Part shown: positions 58,161 through 64,000 of the stretch, in pieces
Layout of the letters: each line of letters begins with the position of its first letter
How positions within the stretch are numbered: position 1 is the first letter of the stretch
Source: Acidobacteriota bacterium
GTDB taxonomy: Bacteria; Acidobacteriota; Thermoanaerobaculia; Gp7-AA8
DNA: 64,000 nt
Direction: 5' to 3'
NCBI GenBank assembly: GCA_019244185.1
Contig: JAFATB010000023.1
Coordinates: 256,001-320,000 of the forward strand
Program-made: the position numbers and the translations under genes
The notes under the pieces: generated by a model
Seen by the model: the letters and a program-made list of their open reading frames with translations, nothing else
What the model was told of the DNA's origin: nothing
Databases searched by the model: none

Positions 58161-58730
58161 ATGAAACGGGCGTTCGCGTCATCGATCACCATCGTCGTTC
58201 TCCTGGCCTGCGTCGCCGGCTGCCGGTCGAGCCGCACCGATGCGACCAGCGCCGATTCGCAGCGCCGCTTCGGCGTGCGCATGGCCAAGATGAATCTCTG
58301 GCGCGAGGCGCAGTTCCGCTTCAAGCGCGCCGTCGACATCGACCCGAAAGACGCGATGGCGCACAACAACCTCGCCGTCGCCTACGAAGCCAACGGCGAC
58401 TTCGACAACGCGCTCAAGGAGTATCGCGAGGCGCTGCGCCTCGATCGCGGTAACCAGTACATCCAGAAGAACTACAGCCGCTTCGTCGAGTTCACCACGA
58501 AGAGCAAGAAGAAGCCGCCGACGCGCACGGCCTCGGGAACGACGCTGAGCTCGCCCACGACCACTCCGATCAATACCGGCGCCACGCCGCCGTCGATCAC
58601 GCCGCCGTCCGTGTCCACGCCCGCCGCGCCGAACGCGGGACCGCTCGCGCCCGCGCCGCCGCCGTCATCGATCCCGACACCGGCCGCTCCGCCCGCCACC
58701 AGCACCAATCCACCACTGGGAGATCTGTGA
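58161..58730 (+). CDS. TPR lipoprotein with Pro/Thr-rich tail
   Basis: AAGGAG RBS, lipobox VAGC, TPR AHNNLAVAYE..G.F..A...Y..AL. Confidence 0.8.
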   Translation: MKRAFASSITIVVLLACVAGCRSSRTDATSADSQRRFGVRMAKMNLWREAQFRFKRAVDIDPKDAMAHNNLAVAYEANGDFDNALKEYREALRLDRGNQYIQKNYSRFVEFTTKSKKKPPTRTASGTTLSSPTTTPINTGATPPSITPPSVSTPAAPNAGPLAPAPPPSSIPTPAAPPATSTNPPLGDL

Positions 58731-59431
58731 TGAAACGCGCTGCAATCACCGTTGCTGCCGCCGTGCTGTTCCCGCTGCTGGTTCCCGCGGCCGCGTCCGC
58801 GGACGTGATGGAAGTGAAGCTGAAGCTCCCGGTCAAACCGAAACTGCAGATCACGGGCGACGAGAAGATCGCCGTCGCGCCGTTCATCATCGCGTCCAAC
58901 GGCGAGAAGAAAGCCGATCGCGCGGCGAAGGTGGACGTGCAGACGGAGTTCAACCGCTATCTGCGCAAGCAGCTGACGAAGTCGACGAAGCTGCGTCTGG
59001 TCGACGTGCCGAAGACCAAGCTGCCGGGCAACGACATCCGCTCGCTCGAGGCCGCGCGCGACTACTGGAAAGACCTCGGTGCGCAGACCGGCGCCGACTA
59101 CATCGTCTCCGGCATCGTCGACTTCGACATCAACGACAAGTCGGGCTACAAGACCGAGGAGTACACGTCACCGGCGGACGGCCGCGCGTTCTACCGGCAG
59201 GTGCTCGTCGAGTCGACCGGCTTCGTGTTCGACATCGACCTGGCGGTGTTCAACGCCGACACGGGCGAGATGGTCCTCGAAGAGAACTTCCGCGACTTCA
59301 AGGAATTCGATCAGCGCAACTACGACGAGATTCTCGGCCTTTTCGAAAATCTCCGCTCGCTCGAGAGCCAGCTCGTCGGCATTTTCGTCGCGCAGGAAAC
59401 CTCGGCCACCCGGTACGTCTTCGCGAACTGA
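58727..59431 (+). CDS. Secreted protein, possibly CsgG/TolB-N-like fold
   Basis: Signal peptide; IAVAPF, LG...GADYIVSG, D.....ADTGE pattern. Confidence 0.6.
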   Translation: MMKRAAITVAAAVLFPLLVPAAASADVMEVKLKLPVKPKLQITGDEKIAVAPFIIASNGEKKADRAAKVDVQTEFNRYLRKQLTKSTKLRLVDVPKTKLPGNDIRSLEAARDYWKDLGAQTGADYIVSGIVDFDINDKSGYKTEEYTSPADGRAFYRQVLVESTGFVFDIDLAVFNADTGEMVLEENFRDFKEFDQRNYDEILGLFENLRSLESQLVGIFVAQETSATRYVFAN

Positions 59432-59471
59432 TTCGATCGGTCCACGGGCAATTCGAAAGTTGGAGGCTCAC

Positions 59472-62414
59472 GTGAAGCGAGTCATCGCCCTGCTCTTCTT
59501 TGTCCTTTCGGTCGCCGCGCCGGCGTATCCGTTCGGTCAGAACAAGATCGTCTACGACAAGTTCAACTGGAACGTCTACCACTCGACGCACTTCGACGTG
59601 TACTTCTACGAAGAGGAGCGCGGGTCGCTGCAGCGCGTCGTCGACTCGGCCGAGACGGCGTATCTCACGCTCTCGCAGCGCTTCAACTTTCAAATCTCGA
59701 AGAAGATCCCGCTCATCTTCTACGCCACGCACTCCGCGTTCGAGCAGAACAACGTCATGCTCAACTTCATCCCGGAGGCGTACGGCGCGTTCGCCGAGCC
59801 GGTGCGCAACCGCATGGTGCTGCCGGTCGACGTGCCCGACGACAAGCTGCTGCAGCTCGTGCAGCACGAGCTCACGCACGTCTTCGAATACGAGATCCTC
59901 TTCCAGGGCAAGTTCGGCAAGAACGTCACCGCCAATCCGCCGACGTGGCTGATGGAAGGTCTCGCGTCGTACATGGCGCAGGACGAAGACTCGCGCGACC
60001 GCATGGTGCTGCGCGACGCCGTCGTCAACGACCGCATCCCGAAGATCAACCAGAACCCCACCGGCTACTTCGCCTACCGCTTCGGCCACGCCGTCTTCAC
60101 GTACATGCAGCAGCAGTACGGCTGGGAAGGACTGCGCGACTTCGTCTACGAATATCGCAACACGCTCGGCAACAGCGTCGATCGCGCGCTGAAACGCGCG
60201 TTCAACACGACGCCCGACGAATTCGACACGCACCTCCGCTCGTGGCTGCGCAAGCAGTACCTGCCGGCGCTCATCGCCAAAGGCGAGCCGGCGGAGTACG
60301 GCGACGTCTTCAAGATCGATCCGAACAATCCCAGCGATGAGATCGCGCCGTCGCCGTCGCCCTCGGGCGATCTGCTCGTCGCCTTCACGACGTACAAGGA
60401 AGACGTCGACCTCGTTCTCTTCAACAATCCCGAGCGCCGGCTGCTGAAGAACCTCACCGCCGGCTACACGAGCCGCTACGAGTACGCGGTCGTGCAGTCG
60501 TTCACGACGGGCGCGGTCATGGGACGCGACGTGGCGTGGGCGCCGAACGGCGATCAGGTGGCGTTCTTCGTCAAGAAAGAGCGCGGCCGCAATCTCATGC
60601 TGCTCAATCCGCTCAACGGCGAGATCGAGCGTTCGATCGAGATGCCGGTCGAGCAGCAGCTCAGCCCCACGTACTCGCCCGACGGCCGCACGATCGCGTT
60701 CTCGGCGATCCACGGCAACCAGTCGGACATCTATCTGTACGACATCCAGAGCGGCACGCTGACCAATCTCACGAACGACACGTTCTTCGACGGCGCGCCC
60801 GTCTATTCGCCAGACGGCAAGTGGATCATCTACTCGTCGATCGGCGAGCAGTACGCGAAGCTCTATCGCCTCAACCTCGCCAATCCGAAAGAGCGCTATC
60901 AGCTGACGACAGGCGACTGGAACGACATCGACGCGTGGTTCAGCCCCGACGGCAAGCGTCTCTTCTTCTCGTCGGACAAGCAGACCGGCCGCAACATCGG
61001 CGTCGCCTCCGACATCCTCGAGGCGGCGGAGAACGCCGCGAAGCGCGAGAACGACACGCCGAAAGCCGATCCGACGAACTTCGCCGCGTTCAACATCTAC
61101 TCGCTCGATCTCGCCACCGGCGACGTCCTGCAGTACACCGACGTCATCGGCGGCTGCTTCAACCCGGTGGTCTTCATCGGCGCGAACAACAAGGAGCGGA
61201 TGGTCTTCTCGTCGTACTACAAGGGCGACTGGCGCCTCTACGAAACGACCACGGACAAGCCGCTGCACGCCGCCGAGAAGACGACGCTGCCGTCGGGACC
61301 GATCGCCGCCGAGTCGCGCACGTCGTTCCACACGACCTCCGAGTTCTTCATCGACGAGGAGAAGATCGAGAAGTCGCACAGCTCGCGGCTCTTCATCGAC
61401 GACGTGCAGGTGGCGGCGGGCGTCAGCTCCGATCAGCTGTTCGTGTCGCAGTCGACGATCTACATGAGCGACATGCTCGGGAACCACCGCTTCATCGCGT
61501 CGCTCGACTCGGTGTCGACGTTCTCCAACTTCGACTTCCTCTATCTCGACATGCACCGGCGCCTCAACTGGGGCGCGCGCCTCTTCGACGACCGCTCGTT
61601 CTATCTGACGCAGGACCCCGACACCCTCCGGATCGAACGGCAGCAGGGTTACCGGCAGACCGGCGCGATGGGCCTCCTCAGCTATCCGTTCACGCGCTAT
61701 CACCGCATCGACGCCGCCGCCGGCTACGTCAGCCGCGATTACTTCTACCCGCACTTCTTCCCGAATCCGCTGCCGGGCGAGCCGGATCTCGTCGCGTTCC
61801 AGCATCGCCGCGACAGCTTCCCGACGGTGAGCACGACCTTCACCGGCGACAGCACGCAGTGGAAGTTCTTCGGGCCGATCTCCGGACGCCGCTACGAGCT
61901 GAGCGCCGCGTACGCGCCCGACGTGAAAGACGGCGGCACGCTGAGCGGCGACCTGTCGATGGACTGGCGCGAGTATCACCAGCTCAGCTCGCGCACGCTG
62001 CTCGCGACGCGCGTGTACGCGACGTGGTCGGACGGCAACGCGCCGAACTTCGGCTACTTCGGCGGCCTCAATACGCTGCGCGGCTACGACTTCCGTACGC
62101 TCATCGGCCAGCACGCCGGCTTCGCGAACGTGGAGTTCCGCTTCCCGCTCGTCGACGTCCTCGCGACGCCGTTCATCGTGCTGCAGCAGGTGCGCGGCGT
62201 CTTCTTCTTCGACATCGGCGCCGCGCATTTCGACGGCCGCCCGTTCCGCTTCATGCAGGACGGACGTCTCGTCGACCCGAAAGCCTCGCTCGGCTGGGGT
62301 TTCTCGTTCAACCTTCTCGGTCTCAATCTCAACTGGGATTTCGCCAAGCGCTTCGACTTCAAGCAGACCGAGGGCGGGTTCCGGACGAGTTTCTGGATTG
62401 GGGATACGTTCTAG
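59472..62414 (+). CDS. Omp85/BamA-family outer-membrane protein with N-terminal MA-clan peptidase and PD40 beta-propeller
   Basis: GQNK, HELTH...WLMEGLA, repeated SPDG, GG..TLRGY, N.EFRFP, F.D.G.A, terminal F. Confidence 0.85.
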   Translation: MKRVIALLFFVLSVAAPAYPFGQNKIVYDKFNWNVYHSTHFDVYFYEEERGSLQRVVDSAETAYLTLSQRFNFQISKKIPLIFYATHSAFEQNNVMLNFIPEAYGAFAEPVRNRMVLPVDVPDDKLLQLVQHELTHVFEYEILFQGKFGKNVTANPPTWLMEGLASYMAQDEDSRDRMVLRDAVVNDRIPKINQNPTGYFAYRFGHAVFTYMQQQYGWEGLRDFVYEYRNTLGNSVDRALKRAFNTTPDEFDTHLRSWLRKQYLPALIAKGEPAEYGDVFKIDPNNPSDEIAPSPSPSGDLLVAFTTYKEDVDLVLFNNPERRLLKNLTAGYTSRYEYAVVQSFTTGAVMGRDVAWAPNGDQVAFFVKKERGRNLMLLNPLNGEIERSIEMPVEQQLSPTYSPDGRTIAFSAIHGNQSDIYLYDIQSGTLTNLTNDTFFDGAPVYSPDGKWIIYSSIGEQYAKLYRLNLANPKERYQLTTGDWNDIDAWFSPDGKRLFFSSDKQTGRNIGVASDILEAAENAAKRENDTPKADPTNFAAFNIYSLDLATGDVLQYTDVIGGCFNPVVFIGANNKERMVFSSYYKGDWRLYETTTDKPLHAAEKTTLPSGPIAAESRTSFHTTSEFFIDEEKIEKSHSSRLFIDDVQVAAGVSSDQLFVSQSTIYMSDMLGNHRFIASLDSVSTFSNFDFLYLDMHRRLNWGARLFDDRSFYLTQDPDTLRIERQQGYRQTGAMGLLSYPFTRYHRIDAAAGYVSRDYFYPHFFPNPLPGEPDLVAFQHRRDSFPTVSTTFTGDSTQWKFFGPISGRRYELSAAYAPDVKDGGTLSGDLSMDWREYHQLSSRTLLATRVYATWSDGNAPNFGYFGGLNTLRGYDFRTLIGQHAGFANVEFRFPLVDVLATPFIVLQQVRGVFFFDIGAAHFDGRPFRFMQDGRLVDPKASLGWGFSFNLLGLNLNWDFAKRFDFKQTEGGFRTSFWIGDTF

Positions 62415-62534
62415 GAAAAGCTGAATGAAGAATGCAGAACGCAGAATGAAGAATTCAGAAAGCGCTCCGCGTCTGCGGTCCTCTTTCTGAATTCTTCGTT
62501 CTGCGTTCTGCGTTCTAAATTCGCTTTTTCTGAA
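62415..62534. repeat. Second heptamer-built palindromic element between convergent genes
   Basis: GAATGAA-GAATGCA-GAACGCA-GAATGAA-GAATTCA ... TTCTGAA-TTCTTCG-TTCTGCG-TTCTGCG; same family as 51031-51156. Confidence 0.8.
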
Positions 62535-63584
62535 TCACGCCGCGCGCGGCCGCTTGCGGCGATCCGCGATCGTCTCGCGGAGGAACTTCAGCAGCGCTTT
62601 CTCTTCCATCGACAGACCGACGCGCACGACCGGGCTGCCTTTGCGCGTCTTGCGCAACGTCTCCAGCGGCCGCCCTTCCATGTACTCGTCGAGGAGGCGC
62701 GGGCAGATGTACGACGAGCGGCAGACCGCGGGAGTGTTGCCGAGCTGCTCGGCCGTGGCCACGATCGCCTTGCGGACGCGGCGCTTGCGCTCGGTCTTGC
62801 TCTCGCCCTGTCCCTGCATCGCCAGCGCGATCGAGCAGAGCAGCGTCCCGGCCCACGTGCGAAAGTCTTTCGCGGTGAACGCATCGCCGATGATCGACTG
62901 GATGTAATCGTTCACGTGGCGGTCCTTCACGTCGACGATGCGGCCGTTCTGCGCGAACTTGAAGAGCTCCGCGCCGCGCGTTTTCTTCAGCTGCGCGACG
63001 ATGGTCGCGACGTCCGGGTCTTTGATCGCGCGTTGCTGTTTCTTCCGCCACTTGCCGACGTAGTCGAACTTCACGACCTTGCCGTCGAGCTTCACGTGCG
63101 AGCCGCGGATCGTCGACAGTCCGAACGTCGACTCGGCCTCGGCACTCTTGTCGTTGCCGATGCGGAAGAACCCCTGATCGATGAGCCGCACCATCGCCGC
63201 CAGGACGCGCGCCCGTTCGAGACCGTCGCCGCCGAGGTCCGCGCGGACGCGGCGGCGGAGCGCGGGGAGGGCTTCGCCGAATTCGACGACGCGGCGGAAC
63301 TTCTCCTCCTCGCGCTGCGCTCGGAAACGCGCGTGGTAGAGGTATTGCGTACGCCCTTTCTTGTCGACGCCGACGGCCTGCAGCGGCGCGGTCTCGCCGC
63401 GCGCGATGCGCACGTCCTGCCACGCGGGCGGGATGCGCAGCTTCGCGATGCGCGCGAGCGTCTTCTCATCCTCCACGAGCGCGCCGCCCGGCAGACGATA
63501 GGCGAACCCTCGCTCCTTCGTCCCCTCGCGGCGCATGCCGTGCAGGTCGAGAACCCAACGGCGACGAACGCCTTTTCCGGCCAT
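62535..63584 (-). CDS. DNA topoisomerase IB (bacterial/poxvirus-like)
   Basis: IPPAW.DV, LQA.G.D..GR.QY.YH, RIGN, GL.T, F.AKDFRTW, LGNTPAVCR.SY. Confidence 0.92.
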   Translation of the reverse strand: MAGKGVRRRWVLDLHGMRREGTKERGFAYRLPGGALVEDEKTLARIAKLRIPPAWQDVRIARGETAPLQAVGVDKKGRTQYLYHARFRAQREEEKFRRVVEFGEALPALRRRVRADLGGDGLERARVLAAMVRLIDQGFFRIGNDKSAEAESTFGLSTIRGSHVKLDGKVVKFDYVGKWRKKQQRAIKDPDVATIVAQLKKTRGAELFKFAQNGRIVDVKDRHVNDYIQSIIGDAFTAKDFRTWAGTLLCSIALAMQGQGESKTERKRRVRKAIVATAEQLGNTPAVCRSSYICPRLLDEYMEGRPLETLRKTRKGSPVVRVGLSMEEKALLKFLRETIADRRKRPRAA

Positions 63585-63616
63585 GCCTGGGCCGCGGATT
63601 TTGCGAGAATGGTGCC

Positions 63617-64000
63617 CTGTCGCCGCTCACGCCGTTCGAACGCCGCGCGGTCGCCGTCACCGCGCTCGCCGTCGCCGTCACCCGCGTCTTCGCGCTCTCG
63701 CGCACGTTGTGGGACTGGGACGAGGTGCAGTTCTGCGCCGCGCTGCGCGAGTACGACGTGCCGCTGCACCACCCGCACCCGCCCGGCTTTCCGCTGTTCG
63801 TGCTCGCCGCGAAGTTCGTGCGCCTCTTCGTGCGCGACGACTTTCATGCGTTGCAGAGCGTGACGTTCATCGCCGCGTGCGCGCTCTTTCCGCTGCTGTT
63901 TTTCGTCGCGCGCGCGCTGCGGTTCGACTTTGCGACCTCGTACGCCGGGGCGCTGTTGTTCGTCTTTTTGCCCGACGTCTGGTTCTACGGCGGCACCGCC
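63617..64000 (+). CDS. Partial GT-C-type membrane protein (DUF2723/PMT-like), runs off the window
   Basis: Open frame reading ...TR.FALSRTLWDWDEVQF...YDV..HHPHPPGFPLF... with TM segments; start uncertain (CTG 63617). Confidence 0.65.
   Translation, partial: MSPLTPFERRAVAVTALAVAVTRVFALSRTLWDWDEVQFCAALREYDVPLHHPHPPGFPLFVLAAKFVRLFVRDDFHALQSVTFIAACALFPLLFFVARALRFDFATSYAGALLFVFLPDVWFYGGTA

Noticed and set aside
62535-63584. Topoisomerase IB as a tyrosine integrase of a mobile element
   Set aside because: Motifs match bacterial Topo IB, and no att-like repeats or cargo boundary are visible

Overview
A very GC-rich bacterial chromosome segment with about 58 plausible genes, most likely from an Acidobacteriota (Thermoanaerobaculia-like) genome. 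That taxonomic call is an inference from gene content only. Housekeeping and accessory genes are ileS, an MltD-like lytic transglycosylase, an extended MglA-like GTPase, enoyl-CoA hydratase, a Ca2+/H+ exchanger, an AmrS radical SAM enzyme, DppBC-type permeases, tldDE, pcm, queD, dprA, an Omp85/peptidase fusion and topoisomerase IB. They flank a roughly 27 kb Wzx/Wzy-type exopolysaccharide locus (26.5-53.1 kb). The main structure not shown by the ORF track is regulatory. A c-di-GMP-I (GEMM) riboswitch with a terminator sits in front of a secreted beta-helix/FnIII gene at the head of the EPS locus. Sigma54-type GG-N10-GC boxes occur in nearly every intergenic gap of the EPS locus and in front of several other genes. 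A GAF-sigma54 activator with a GVATGV loop lies next to a sigma54 box, a 56-aa peptide and an RsbW/RsbV/RsbU partner-switching module that shares a similar GAF segment. Other notable features are a candidate sRNA with its own sigma70 promoter, a mosaic tandem MNT-HEPN toxin-antitoxin duplication, two DMFase-beta-like paralogs (one apparently catalytically dead), an orphan RedB/RedC-like sensor module and two heptamer-built palindromic elements. No rRNA, tRNA, CRISPR array, transposase or prophage was seen.
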